From the NCBI GenBank assembly GCA_025558095.1, contig JAIVFI010000015.1, forward strand, positions 682,001 through 746,000: DNA of 64,000 nucleotides, written 5' to 3'. Made by a program: the position numbers and the translations under genes. Shown piece by piece: positions 1-11,861 of this stretch (positions are counted from its first letter, which is position 1; every line of letters starts with the position of its first letter). A model generated the notes under the pieces. That model saw only the letters and a list, made by a program, of their open reading frames with translations, was not told the DNA's origin and made no database searches. Origin of the DNA: Hyaloraphidium curvatum SAG 235-1 (taxonomy: Eukaryota > Fungi > Monoblepharomycota).

Positions 1-846
1 TGCGCGAGGAAGAGGAGGGGGACGAGCGCGGAGGTGTCGTTGACAGGGTCGTTCCTGGGGGCGAAAGAGTGAGCTCGGAAGGATGCCGCTCCGATCACCC
101 GTCGAAACTCACCCCTGCTGCCCCTCCGCGGCAACACCGTTCGTCCCGTCGACCTCGACCATGATTGCCAGCGCCCATGCGATGCACGCCAGGGTCTGCA
201 GACCGGAGAGCACGCACTCGACGAGGGCGATCGCGCAGATCGGCTGGCGGAAGTCGGCGGCGGGGTCCTTGGCGAGGGCGAGGGCGAGCGCGATCGCCGC
301 CGCGGCGTTGCTCATGGCGCAGACGAGGACGGTGAGCGTTGGAGCGAGGATGTTCGGGCCGGCGGGAGCGGCGATCGCCAGGGCCGTGCCGCGCGTGGCT
401 GCGGAGTTGGGCGTCTCGGGGAAGATCCTGGAGTTGAACCTGCCGTTCGCGAGCGCGGAGCTGACTGCGTTTTCGAGATCGGAGGGAGTGTGGAGGCTGC
501 GCGCGGGGTACGAGCCGGGCCGGATTGCGGGTGCGAAAGGGCTCCGAGAGGCTCCCTGATCCTCGGCGCGGTCTGGCTTCGCCGTCTGCGCGGAGGGAGC
601 GCTGGAGGTCGTCAAGGCACGCTCGCTCCACTGCGCGCGGAGGGCCAGCTGCGCCTCGACGATCTTGCGGCGGCGGTCGAGCTCCTTCCGCCGCAGCTCC
701 TCGGTCGCCGCGCGGCGGAACGGGGACGGCGCACCGGCGGCGGCGACCTGCACGCGGTTTGCGGCAAGAGAGGAGGTCGCACCAACGACGGCGGTCCGCA
801 GAGGCGAGTCCGAGGGGAGCAGCGGCGGGCGGGGGGGCGGCGGCAC
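1..846 (-). CDS. Hypothetical membrane protein, partial (probably continues off the left edge)
   Basis: 245-codon frame with two hydrophobic segments near its end (TLTVLVCAMSNAAAAIALALALA; ICAIALVECVLSGLQTLACIAWALAIMV), ending at a GTGAGT donor near 110. True start not resolved. Confidence 0.4.
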
Positions 847-1468
847 GCGCGGGCGGCGGCGACGGCGGCAGAGGGATGACGGTTACGGTGACGATAGCGG
901 GATCCATTTTGGCCGGGCTGGAGTTGGCAGGAGTGCTGGAGTGCCAGGTGTCGGTGGTGATTTCGCACCGTGATCGCCACGTGCCGCTTTACGACTCTTC
1001 ACAGGCAACAGCAACAGCCCATCATTCACGCCACCAACAAAGGATTGGGTTTTACAAATGGACCAAAACGAGAGAGCCCGAACACCTGCAATCAATAGCC
1101 ATCCCATTCACATGGGCACCTTTGTCTCTACATGATCAAAGTCGTAGTCTCGCCGACCTGCGAAGTCCGCGGCCACCGTCCCTCCCCAACCATGTCGATA
1201 CGCGCCATCCATGTTGAAGCAAGATATCCCACGCCCGAAACCACTGCCTCCAGCTTCCCAGAAGGACGGAGGGTTGCGAGGGCAGGGCCCTCGAAATCGG
1301 ATCCCAACCAGCCAAAGAAAGAGAGCAGCGAGAAGCTTATAGAGGGAAGCAAACTCCGAGGAAGAATGTGACCAAATACGCGTCCCAGGTGTGTGTTTCC
1401 CCAGAGATCAAGGGTCCGAGACGCCGCCCTCCCTCTGCTCGGCGCGTGGTCACGTAGATCAAACTCGA

Positions 1469-2125
1469 TCACACCGAATCGTCGTGGAATGCCCAGTTCG
1501 TTTGCTTCGGACTCCGTCCCCGGCAGTTGGCGACGCTGTGGGACAAAAGTCGCGCCGAGCGGTGACGCAAGTTTCAGCAAACTCCTTCCCGGCGACCGGC
1601 GAGGCGGGAACCCACTACATGTCGTTGTCCCGCGGCCGCTCTTTGACGGTGCAGCTGCTGAGCATGCTTTGTATCGACAGGCACACGGAGGAGATGGTGA
1701 GGGCGGGCGACCACGAGTCGTAGAGGATCGAGAGGCAGATGTGCCTGGAGGTGGCCGGGAGATCAGATGGGCGCGTTCCGGGGGCGGAAAGTGCCAACGC
1801 GTACCCGTTGGAGTAGATATGCGGGTGCATCGGCACGCGGTACGGCGCGTTCGAGAGGAAGATGACCTCGGGCGAGTCGAGCGGGTAGTTGTTGCTGAAC
1901 CGGAACTGCGGGCGCCACCGGGCGTGAGCCTCATCCTCGCACCTCTGCGACCGTGCCGACCTGCAGGCAGAAGCTCTCGCCCTCGTACACGGTGCCCGCG
2001 GCGGGGTCCAGCCGCACGCGCCACATCTTGAGGTCGTCCGCGGCCTCGAGCGTCACGCCGGGCGGCGGCGTCGCGGTCAGGTCTCGCAGCTCCTTCTGGA
2101 GGCGCCGCTGCGCGAGGTTGGACAT
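1469..2125 (-). CDS. UBE2W: Ubiquitin-conjugating enzyme E2 W-like, 4 exons
   Basis: Spliced: MSNLAQRRLQKEL...FRFSNNYPLDSPEV...HPHIYSNG|HICLSIL...WSPALTISSVCLSIQSMLSSC...RPRDNDMY|VANCRGRSPKQTNWAFHDDSV*. HPH replacing HPN and the W-x-[FY]HDD tail are UBE2W hallmarks. Confidence 0.92.
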
Positions 2126-2689
2126 GGCGGAGGTGGGCTATCGCCGGGCCATTCGGGGGTGGGGTGCCGGGGACGGGCTGCTGCTCGACCGCCCGATGAG
2201 ACACAGCATCGTCCAAGCCCACCCCCGGTCCCTCTGGAATCCCGCGGATGCGCCAGGTTTCCATTTTCGGAAGTCCGAGAGCAGTTTCATTGCCAGATGG
2301 AGACTCGATTTGGGCCAGAAGCAGCGAACTCTGATGGAGGCTTTCCTTAAACTTGCCTCCCATGAGATGGCGCAGATACAAGGCCATGCCTATTCCATTT
2401 CTGATGAAAGGCTATATCGAACTTTTGAGGGCCTGAGTCGTGATGCCCGACTCCCACGAAGCTCGTCGTGGAGCTTCGAGCGAATCTCCTCGCGGCTCAC
2501 CGCCAATCCAACAAGAACATCCTTCTTCCTTTTCATTCTTAGCTGGATTCGTCCTTTGCCGACATTTGAGGGCAAAGGCGGGCGGCGAGTGAATCGACAG
2601 GGCCTAAGGCAGTAAAGGCGGGTCTCAAGGCATCAAACCCGCCCGCCCTTTTCCCCTCCCCTTGCCCACGCCGAGCGCTGCGCCGCGCC

Positions 2690-3639
2690 ATGGAGCCGAC
2701 GCGCCCCGAGGACACCACGGTCATCGACTGGACCGTCGGCGCGCACGCCGAGCGGCCGCTGGAGGAGCAGCTCGCGTCGCTTTCGCCGACGGAACGCGCC
2801 GCGTTCGACGAGCTGAAGGCGTGGTACAACGAGCGGCCGCGCCCGGTCGAGTTCGACGATGCCATGTTCCTGCGCCTGCTCCGGAACTCACCCGGCGCGA
2901 CCAAGTTCAACGTCGCCGCGGCGCAGAAGGTTGCGGAGCATCTCGCCCCGTGGTCGCACAAGATCCACCTCGAGCACCTGACCATCCGTGACGTTCGCAA
3001 GCAATTGGAGACCAACTGTTTGATCTACACCGGCGGCGTCAACTCGGCAGGGCACCGTAACCTCTACATGAGGCCGGCACGGTTCCGTCCTGGCAAGGAC
3101 TCGCTCGACGACCTCCTCCGCTCCCTGGTCTACCTCCTCCAGGTCATGTCCGAAGAGGAGCGCACCCAGACCTACGGGCTGAGCTTCACGGCGGACATGA
3201 CCGACTGGGGATGGAGCAACTTCGGCGTCAACTACGCGTCGAGCTTCTTTTCCACCGTGCAGGGGAGGTACCCGTGCCGAATTCGCGAGTTCATCATCTA
3301 CAACCCTCCCTCTTGGTTCAGTGGGTGTTGCGCATTGTCATCCGCTTCGCATTCCCGCTCATTGGCTCGTCGCCCCCACCAGACGCCATCTGGAAGATCA
3401 TCCGCCCCATGATGTCCAAGGAGTTCGCCGACAAGGTCGCTTTTGTCCCCTCCTCGGGCGCCGCCTCGCTCTACCCATCCATGGAGCACGTGCCCAAGTG
3501 CATGGGCGGGCAGCTCGACGAGATCAAGGCCAACGCGGACTTTGTCCGGTACCGGTACAAGGTCGAGGGGCTGGACTACAGTGCGCCGTACGGGGAGCCG
3601 GCGAAGAAGGCAGAGATGATGGCGCACAAGACGAGCTGA
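2690..3639 (+). CDS. CRAL-TRIO/Sec14-like lipid-binding protein
   Basis: FDDAMFLRLLR, QGRYPCRIREFIIYNPPSWF|..IWKIIRPMMSKEFADKV, VPKCMGG; one intron near 3325-3382. Confidence 0.88.
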
Positions 3640-3796
3640 GGGACTTGGAGTGAGGAGGGACGGGGAAGAGTGCGAACAAAGCAGCGGATGATTGTAATCT
3701 GAATCACAAACTTCGACAGGCATCGCAGCAACATTTCCTCCGCTTATCGAGCTTTGGAGTCCGCCCTCCATCCGGCCCACCGACGGTGCATCTTCT

Positions 3797-4620
3797 TCAG
3801 CAGGTCGTCCACTCTAACGGATGTTCGTTGGGCATCTTCAACCCCCCGGTCCGCGGCCATTGATACCAGACCAACGCTTCGCGCAAGTCCTTTGCAACGC
3901 CGTGACCGTTCTCGTAGCACAGTCCGAGATTGTACTGGGGCTCTTCAAAGCCTTGATCTGCCGCCAGCGTGAACCAGGGCACAGCTTCCTCGAGATCCTT
4001 GACCACGCCGCTCCCGTCCCGATACTTCTCGCCGATGGTATTCTGAGCGAAGTCATCGCCTTGCAGAGCAGACAGCCAATAGTACCATGCCGCCGCGTAG
4101 AGATCCTTGGGAATGCCTCGGCCTTCTTCGTCCGCGGAGCCCAGATTGAACTGCACATCCATGTTGCCCTGATCGGCCGCAGCTTGGAACCACCACGCAG
4201 CTTCGTATGGGTCCTCCGGAACGCCTTTGCCGTCATTCAGCAGCTCTCCGAAGTTGTTCTGCGCCTCGGCAAGTCCTTGCCATGCTGCTGCGTGGTACCA
4301 GCGTGCGGCATCCGACGCTACGCCCTGCCCGAGCTCGAAGAACTCGCCCAAACGGTTCTGCGCCGGTGCAAATCCCTGCTCTGCCGCCCCGAGAAGCCAA
4401 CGAGTGGCCAGGCTTGGATCGTACGCAAGCTCCTTCCCGTCCAGATGGAGGCACGCAAGTTCGTACTGCGCCGCGGCGTCTCCGGCACGGGCCCGCACTC
4501 TTCGTCCTCGTCGTTCTCATCCTCTCCCTCCGGCCGCATGATCGAAAACTTGCCCTCCGTCACACGCTCCCACATCTCCCGCTCCTCACGGTCGGCGCAG
4601 CGTGTCTTTACCTCGACGAT
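3797..4620 (-). pseudogene. Sel1-like repeat gene, probably decayed
   Basis: About six SLR units (AQYELACLHLDG, AQNRLGEFFELGQGV, AQNNFGELLNDGKGV, PQYNLGLCYENGHGV). No in-frame ATG, a frame break near 4500, a second in the last repeat near 3860, and one shortened repeat. Confidence 0.7.
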
Positions 4621-4696
4621 ATGGAAGAAGTGGCAGGAGCAGAAGCAGTGAAATGAGCAGATCCAGATCTATGCCCTGTAGACGGGATAGTAGAGG

Positions 4697-5539
4697 CTAG
4701 CCTCCGCCGCCGAGCGCCCAGGCTAAAGTCACGGCGGACAGCATGGCGGCGCCGGCGAGCGCCAAGTCCGCCCAGGTCGACTCGAGGTCCTCTCCCTCCT
4801 CCCCGCCCTCGCCACCCTCGGGCGGCTCCTCCGGCCCGATGATGCTCTCCAAAACCGCCTTGACCTTGCCCACGGTAGTCTTAACGTCCTTAATCTCCTG
4901 CTCCGAGGCCGAAATGCCCGCCATCGTCCGTTGCTCGGCTCCCTCGACGAAGCCGCCTATACGGTCCACCATGGCCGCCCGCCGCCGCGGCTCGATGTAC
5001 CCGTGTCCCCACACCGCGATCCCAATGTTGAGCAGCATCAGCGCGATGGTTGCGTAGGTGCTCATGGCGCGGATCCTGTCGCTCCACGAGGTTTCCTCCC
5101 AAAATCGTTCCCTGAGCCCCTCTACCAGCTCCACCATCGCGTCCTCGGCGCCCTTCTGGGCTTTCCTGTAGCCGTCCCCGCGCTCCTCGACCTCCTTGGC
5201 CAGGCCGTGCTCCTGCGCATACAGCTCGGTGAACGCCTGCACGTCGTTCTGGTCCCACGTGTGGCGCCGTTGGAGCAGCGCGTTGGCGTCCCTCTGCGCC
5301 CTGGCGCGACGGCGGTGCGCGTCCTCCAGCGCCTCGTGCGAGTCACGCAGCGCGTCCCGGGCGGCCGCGTAGGCCGTTTCGGCAGTGCGGATCCGCGCCT
5401 TGAGCGCCTCGATGCGGGAGTAGCCGGTCATTTCGTTTATCGCGTTGTTGACCTTTTCGGCCGACGCCCAGGAGGAAGCGCGGCGGCATCGCGCAAAGGG
5501 CGGCCGGCGCGCCAGGTGGAAGAGCGTCCGCGGGAGCAT
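4697..5539 (-). CDS. SHE9: She9/Mdm33 mitochondrial inner-membrane protein
   Basis: Arg-rich presequence, NEMTGYSRIEALK, NALLQRRHTW...FTELY, EETSWSDRIRAMSTYAT...EPRRR, two TM segments. Confidence 0.88.
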   Translation of the reverse strand: MLPRTLFHLARRPPFARCRRASSWASAEKVNNAINEMTGYSRIEALKARIRTAETAYAAARDALRDSHEALEDAHRRRARAQRDANALLQRRHTWDQNDVQAFTELYAQEHGLAKEVEERGDGYRKAQKGAEDAMVELVEGLRERFWEETSWSDRIRAMSTYATIALMLLNIGIAVWGHGYIEPRRRAAMVDRIGGFVEGAEQRTMAGISASEQEIKDVKTTVGKVKAVLESIIGPEEPPEGGEGGEEGEDLESTWADLALAGAAMLSAVTLAWALGGGG

Positions 5540-5670
5540 GGGGGCCGGAGGACGCGTGGGGGAACGGAGCGGAGGTGGCGTCGCGATGGAGTAAACAAGC
5601 GGGATCTGGACAAGCAGCATGGGCCTTCTGATCCTCGATTGCTGCTCCGAAACAGCATTCGACTGATTAA

Positions 5671-6548
5671 CTAGTACGGCTTGTCCGGGTAGTTCTCCGC
5701 CCACACCTTCTTGACCTCGGGCGACGCCTTGACCGCCTCGCACATCTTGGCGATCTTTGGGCACGCCGCGAGCACCGCCTCTCCGTTCGGCAGCCAGTTC
5801 GTGAGCACCCAGAGGTATCCGTCGAGCGGCGACTCGCGGGCACCGAGGATCCACGGCCCGCCCTGGAACGCTTCGTCCTCAACCACCTTCCAAAGCCGCA
5901 GTATGCGCTCCGCGGCAGCATCTTTGACCCCGGCGAGCGATTCCTCGGTCTGCAGGTTCCTATGGTACGACGTGGGGCGTTTGCGGGTGCTCATTGCGAC
6001 ACGAGATCAGACTCACGTGTATCGTTCCTTGTAGTAGCTTCTCAAGACCGTCTCGTAGCAGTTGGCGGCCATGAAGGCGAGCCTGAATCGGGGCAAGGGA
6101 AGCTCTTGAGCTCCTTGTCCCACTGCACGTCGACGAACAAAGCTGCTCACCAGCGGTACGCGTCGGCGCGGCCCGGCAGACCCGGAGCAGGGATCAGCTC
6201 GGCCTCGGGGTGGTTGTCCGCCAGCTGCAGGATCATGGCCGCGCTCTCTGCACCCGACGCCCGTCAACACGTTCCCCGATCCACAAGGAAGGCAGCTCCC
6301 ACCCGTCATCTTGTGCCCGTCGGGGAGGATCAGCACAGGGACCTGCCGCATCGGGTTGACCTTGGCGAGCTCCGGCGGCATCGCATTGGTGTCGACGACT
6401 ATCTTCTCGTACTTCGCGCCCAGCTTTTCCAGCGCCTGAGGACGCGCATCGTCACGCGTCGAGGGAGCGAGTGCCACACGAGGGTGCCCACGAGCTGGAC
6501 CGGCAGCGCGCCCGTGTCGGGGGCCCAGAACAGCTTGTACGTGCCCAT
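5671..6548 (-). CDS. Glutathione S-transferase (multi-exon)
   Basis: MGTYKLFWAPDTGAL..., KVNPMRQVPVLILPDGHKMT|ESAAMILQLAD, GPWILGARESPLDGYL. Confidence 0.88.
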
Positions 6549-6866
6549 GGTGGGAGCGGCGCGTTCAACAGTCCCGGAGAAAGGTCGGGAGTGGGCGACG
6601 CCGTTCAACAGGTCCCGGAGAATGAAAGATCGGAAGTCGACAACGCGCAGTCACAGGATGCGATGCGGTCTGCAACGACGATGGGCGTGTGGAGTTCCTC
6701 CGAGGTTCGGCCGCGCGATCGACCGATCGCGTCGCGGATCTCTGCGCCGACGCCGCCACCGGTGCCCCTGCGATTGTTATCTTAGCGACCAACCAACCAA
6801 CCAGCAAGCTAGCAGCAGCTCCTGTCTCAGGCCACGCGTGAATCCCGAGAGGTGGATCCGACTACG

Positions 6867-7772
6867 ATGGCCGCTCCGCCTACAATCCTGGCCCGGCCGC
6901 ACCCGTTCCCGCTGCCTCCCCCGGGCGCAGACGGCTCCGCCCCCCCAATCGCCCTCCTCGTGGTGGACACGCAGAACGACTTCCTGCATCCCGCCGCGCT
7001 GTCTGCTTTCCCAACTCTGGCCACGGACCCGCGTCGGATCCTCGGCCCGCTTGCTGGGCTGATGAAACACGCTTTCGAGCGCAACTGGCTCGTCGTCACC
7101 ACCAAGGAATCCCATCTGCCGTCGCTGGAGGACGCTACGGGGTCCAAGAAGCTGCGGTACGAGAATGCCGGGTACCCGATCGGGATGGCACATGCGGCTC
7201 CGGCGCCTGAGGGCGCGAAGTACCTGATCAGGGGCAACTGGGGGACCCAGCTGATCCCGGAGCTCCAACTGGTCGTCGACGACATCAACTCTGCGACGAA
7301 CAACGGACATGCGGTGCTGGACATGAGCGTGCCGGACTCGCTGGCCGCGCTGCCGACGGTCCGCGCGCTGGAGCTCGGCCTGTCCTCCAGAGGCAAGGCA
7401 GCCGAAAAGCTCGGCGCGGCTTTCGACGACGTCGCATCGGCGATTGAGTCCCACGTCTCAAAGAACGGGGGTCTCCGACCGGCTCTGAACCTCTACAAGC
7501 CGGGGCAGTCAATCTTCGCCTACACGTTCCTGCACGAGCTCCTCACCCGCCTTGGAATCACCCATGTCCTGGTCACCGGGGTCACCTCCGAGTGCTGCGT
7601 GCTCGCCACCTACAGGACTGCCGGGGATCTGGGCTACTACGCTCTCCTTGTGGAAGACTGCTGCGCGGCCTTCACGGATGCCGAGCAGGCCGCCACAGTC
7701 GAGGTCGTGTGCGGCGAGAGCGGGGCGGTCGGGTGGGTAGGAACATCCGCGGACGTGATCAAGAGTACTTGA
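6867..7772 (+). CDS. Isochorismatase-family cysteine hydrolase (biuret-hydrolase-like), intronless
   Basis: Asp-Lys-Cys triad motifs LLVVDTQNDF, YKPGQSIF, VTGVTSECCVLAT; DLGYYALLVEDCCA. Confidence 0.85.
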   Translation: MAAPPTILARPHPFPLPPPGADGSAPPIALLVVDTQNDFLHPAALSAFPTLATDPRRILGPLAGLMKHAFERNWLVVTTKESHLPSLEDATGSKKLRYENAGYPIGMAHAAPAPEGAKYLIRGNWGTQLIPELQLVVDDINSATNNGHAVLDMSVPDSLAALPTVRALELGLSSRGKAAEKLGAAFDDVASAIESHVSKNGGLRPALNLYKPGQSIFAYTFLHELLTRLGITHVLVTGVTSECCVLATYRTAGDLGYYALLVEDCCAAFTDAEQAATVEVVCGESGAVGWVGTSADVIKST

Positions 7773-7835
7773 TTGCCTGGATCGTGCGCAAGCCGGGCGG
7801 AGAGAGAGCGGAGAGTGCATCCATGGATTAGAAGC

Positions 7836-10418
7836 TCATTTCTCCACCAGGCTGAGCTGCAGCGCAAACTGCAGCTCCTCGTCCTCCAACTCCGCCCTGC
7901 TCCTCGCCCCCACCCTCGGCGACGCTTGCGCGGCCCTCAACCCGGGGCTCGTCGGTCCCGACATCGGCCGCAACCCGGGGCTCGTCGGGCCGGAAAGCGA
8001 CGACCCCAGCTTCCACGACCTCTGCCGCCCGTTCCCGTTCCTGCTCCCCCACGACCCCACGCTCTCGTACGAGCTCGCGAGCTCATCCCCCCCGTACCGC
8101 GGATCCTCCCTCTCGTCCCATTCCTCCGGCTCGCGCTCGGGGTCGGCGCCGCCGTCGGCCATGCTCAGCATAATGGTGTAGTGAAGCAGCTCCTCTTCGG
8201 ACCAGCCGCGCTCGGGGGTGAACTCGCCCTGCAGGCGGTCGGCGGCCCGGCGGTACTGCCGGTCCGAGGCGGCGTGCAGGTCGAGGTCGGTTAGGTCGGA
8301 GCGCATGTCTGCGAGAGCTGTAAAGGAAACGTGTCGGAGGCGAGGTTCTCAAAGACGACTCGGAGGTAGTTCCACCTTGTTGCTTTGGCGACCCGTAAAC
8401 CCCGACGATCCTCCCCTTGGCCTTGCTCCTCTTCTTCTTCATCGCCGCCGGCTTCCTCGCCCAGCCCCCCTCGACCACGTCCCCGAACGCCCACACCTTG
8501 ACCCCTCCCCCCACCACGCCCCCCACGATCCTCCCCCTCCCTTCCGCGACCGCGAGGCAGGTCACCCCGTCCTGCCCGGCCTCGATCGCCCGCTGCACCC
8601 GCGGCGACCCCGACACGCTCAGGGACTTGAGCAGCCGCCCCGAAAGGACGGAGCGCACGTGCACGCGGCCGTCCGAGTGAGCAGAGACGAGGAGGAGCGC
8701 GGTGGCAGCGAGGTGCGCCGTGCGCGGGCGGTCGGAGGGCAGGGCGAGGGGGAGGACCAGCCGCGGGCGGAGGGCGGCGGCGGATGCGTGCGGAGGGAGG
8801 TCGTACAGGAGGAGGGTGCCAAGGACGGTGCCGAGGGCGACCGCGGCGTGCTGCTGCCCCTTGGGTGGCGGCTTGGCGTCGGGCGCTGGGTCCGGGAGGG
8901 GGAGGTCCTCTGACGGCTCCTCGCCGGCATGGTCGCGGTCCCATGCAGCGGCCGAAAGCTCGCCTTCCGCCGTCGGAAACTCGAAGGTGCACAGCACTTC
9001 GCCCGACAGCGAGTAGATGCCGGCCCAGAGAGTGGTGGCATACAGTATCCTGCCCGAGCGCTGGTCGAGCTCCAGCGCGACAAAATCGCCCCTGTGGGGG
9101 CCGAACGTCCGCGTCGTGCCGATCGGCTGCTCGCTGGCCGATGCCAAAGGTCGGAACATGAAGCTCATGAGGTCCAAATCCCAGATCGCCACGGTACCGT
9201 CCGACAAGGCGGCCACGACGTGTCCCTTTGGGTCCACGATTAGCCTCTGAACCGTCCTCGCCGGGCGGCTCGGCGCAGATGACGGTGCCTGCTCGCCGAA
9301 AGACAGCTTCGCCACCGCTCTCCCTGGCTCGTTCCTCGCGATGCCCGAAACGTCCCATAGCAGCACCTCTGCGCCCGCCGAAGCGACGAGGTTCGGCAGA
9401 CCCCGGTCCCACGCCAGCGCCGCGGCCCTCTCGTGCGGATCCCGCCAGGCGATCGGCTCCCCCGCCGTCCCGGCGGACGTCGCGTCGAACACGGGCAGCC
9501 GGAGCGGAACGGGGGCCCCGTGGTCGTGCGAGTAGAGCACCGCGCCGCCGACCAGCCCCAAGACCGCCCTCGACCCGTCCGCGCGGACGACGGTGCAAGG
9601 CACCTCCGTCCTGACCGAGTTCCGGTCCACCTTGCCGGTGACCAGGTCGAACCTGACCACCCGTCCGTCGCCCCACCCCACCGCACGGTCTCCCCCCGGT
9701 TCCACCCACACCCCGTCGGCCGGTCCGACCTCGGCGCCGACCCCGCGGACCTGCCCCGCGAACCCGTGCTCGAGGCTGACGCGGGCGGTGTACTCGTGCG
9801 CCCAGGTGCGGTGCAGGCGGATGTAGGGGGCGCGGGAGAAGCGCAGGGAGAGGGCGGAGAGGAAGGGGTGCGGGGAGAGGAGCAGGGCGCGGAAGCGGCG
9901 CGAGAGCGCGGGGAGCGTGTTCTGCATAACGCGGAGGAGCAGAAGTTAGAATGAGAATGAGGAATTTCGGCGACACCAAGGACCCGAGGCGGGGTTCCTC
10001 GAGTGCGGAGCATTGAGACCCAAGCCCGCCAATCCGGCCCTCCAGACCGCCAGAAACGCGTCGATCTCGCGCTTCAACAATTCATGACCGCGATTCCTCC
10101 GTTTCCGGGACCCCAGACCGCCACCGACCGCCCCCCGCCGCGAACCGTCGCGTCCGCTCCACCCACCATGCTCCTCGGGTCCAGCCAGCCGAGCACCTGG
10201 ACCAGCAGCTCGTCGGGCAGATTCAGAATGTAGCATTTGGACGGGTCCGCCTCCGTCGCCGGGAGCTTCCTCTTCGCAGCGGCGGATTCGTCTGCGCGGC
10301 GGCGGCCGGGAGTGCCGACCGGCGGCGAGCCGTAGAAGGCCGGCGGGGAGCGCGGCGAGCCGAGCGGCGACGGGGCCGTGCGGCGGTCGCGCGGGAACGG
10401 CACGCCGCGGCCGCTCAT
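7836..10418 (-). CDS. F-box / WD40-like protein with C-terminal UIMs
   Basis: F-box YILNLPDELLVQVLGWLD; WD-like strands (LLWDV, DGTVAIWDL, GGVKVWAF); UIMs EEELLHYTIMLSMAD and EDEELQFALQLSLVEK. Confidence 0.8.
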
Positions 10419-10571
10419 TGCGGTATTCGGCTCGGAGCGCGTGTTGTTGGCAGCGAGGCCACGTGCCCGGGAGGCGGACGGAGCGCGCCCCAATCTGCGA
10501 ATCCGCGACCACAACACGCAAGGGGGCTTCGTCAGATGCTGAATGCCGGGACACCCCTGTCACCGGCTATG

Positions 10572-11678
10572 TCAAGACAAGAGAAGCATCTCCGCGCCGG
10601 CCCACCACTGCCTCAGCCTTGCCTTTGCCGACCGGCGCAACGCCTCGGCCCACCCGACGCGCTCCTTCCCTCTTTCGGGATCCGTCCAGTCGTAGTACCA
10701 CCCCGCTTCCGCCCTCCACACGCGCGCAAAGTAACCCAGCACCTGCGTGTTGGCCAGCTTCCTGGTGGTCCCCCGCTCCCGGAGCTGCTCGTCCAGCACA
10801 CGCGACGAGGTGACGTCGGCCGACTTGCCCGAGGGCAACGGGACCACGTAGCGGGGGACGTCCAGCGCGGCCAGGTGCCCCGACATCCAGACGTCGTCGA
10901 CCAGGCCGGCCAGCGCGGGGATCGAGGGGTCCGGGCGCAGGAGTGAGAGGAGGCCTTTCCGGCCCGCGAGCGGGTCGGTCCCGTTCGAGCAGAACCAGGC
11001 GGGGTCGACGAGGTACCCCTCGTTCGCCGTCACCACGCCGACCCGGTACGGCGCGGCCAGCTCCGCCCCCTGCACCACGCAGCGCGAATACGGGCATCCC
11101 CACGAAAAGTCCGCGTTGGTCCTCCATCCGCGGTGCGCGACGGCCACACCCGCCGGATGGCGGGCGAGCAGAACGCGGCGCCAGCGCAGCAGGTTGGCGA
11201 GCAGGTCCGGCGTGTAGTAGTGGTCGTCGTCCACCACCGCGAGGAGCTGCGGCCTCGCGCCGTCCCTGCACATCTCCCGGATCGCGTCCAGGTACTTTGC
11301 CGCCGGCCCGTCCGTGCCCACGAAGATCAGCCTGACTCCCCTGCTGCGCATCTTCAGCTGCCTCGGAACCCCGGCGCCCGCCCTCCATTTGAACTCCTGT
11401 CCAGCCTCGCCGGTCCCGTTGCTCCCGTTCCCGTCCCAGAAGTGCCTGTCCGCCGCCGACGCGTGCACGCGGATCTCGGCCGGCGGAGCCGATTGCCGCA
11501 GCAGCGACCGCAGCGCCGCGCCGAGCTCGCGGTGGCGGACGGGCCGGGTGCCCAACGTGACGACGACGCGTTCGGGCGGGACGCGGGCCCCGGACGGTTC
11601 GGCGGGAATGGCGAGCCAGAGGGCGGCGAGGAGCAGCAAAGCGGGCACGGCGGGCCGCAGAGTCCATCTTCGTCGCAT
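10572..11678 (-). CDS. GT-A fold glycosyltransferase-like protein, intronless, with N-terminal signal/anchor
   Basis: RVVVTLGTRPVR, DGPAAKYL, AVVDDDHYY (DxD), LVDDVWMSGHLA. Confidence 0.7.
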   Translation of the reverse strand: MRRRWTLRPAVPALLLLAALWLAIPAEPSGARVPPERVVVTLGTRPVRHRELGAALRSLLRQSAPPAEIRVHASAADRHFWDGNGSNGTGEAGQEFKWRAGAGVPRQLKMRSRGVRLIFVGTDGPAAKYLDAIREMCRDGARPQLLAVVDDDHYYTPDLLANLLRWRRVLLARHPAGVAVAHRGWRTNADFSWGCPYSRCVVQGAELAAPYRVGVVTANEGYLVDPAWFCSNGTDPLAGRKGLLSLLRPDPSIPALAGLVDDVWMSGHLAALDVPRYVVPLPSGKSADVTSSRVLDEQLRERGTTRKLANTQVLGYFARVWRAEAGWYYDWTDPERGKERVGWAEALRRSAKARLRQWWAGAEMLLLS

Positions 11679-11861
11679 CGCCGGTGTCGCGCCGGGCACG
11701 GATTCAACATGGGTGTCGACTTGAAGTGTGGGAGGCGATCCTGCTCGCGAACCGGATCCGATGCCCGACAGCTTGGGAAGCCAGAATATCTAACTTTTGC
11801 GCGTTCTCTGTACATTCGCGCGATCCAGCAAGGCCCATCTATCGTCCGATCCCGCCACGCT

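Noticed and set aside
940-1380. Lower-GC coding-like stretches here and at about 2230-2560 and 47050-47550
   Set aside because: Possibly decayed gene or TE fragments, but no motif could be recognised.
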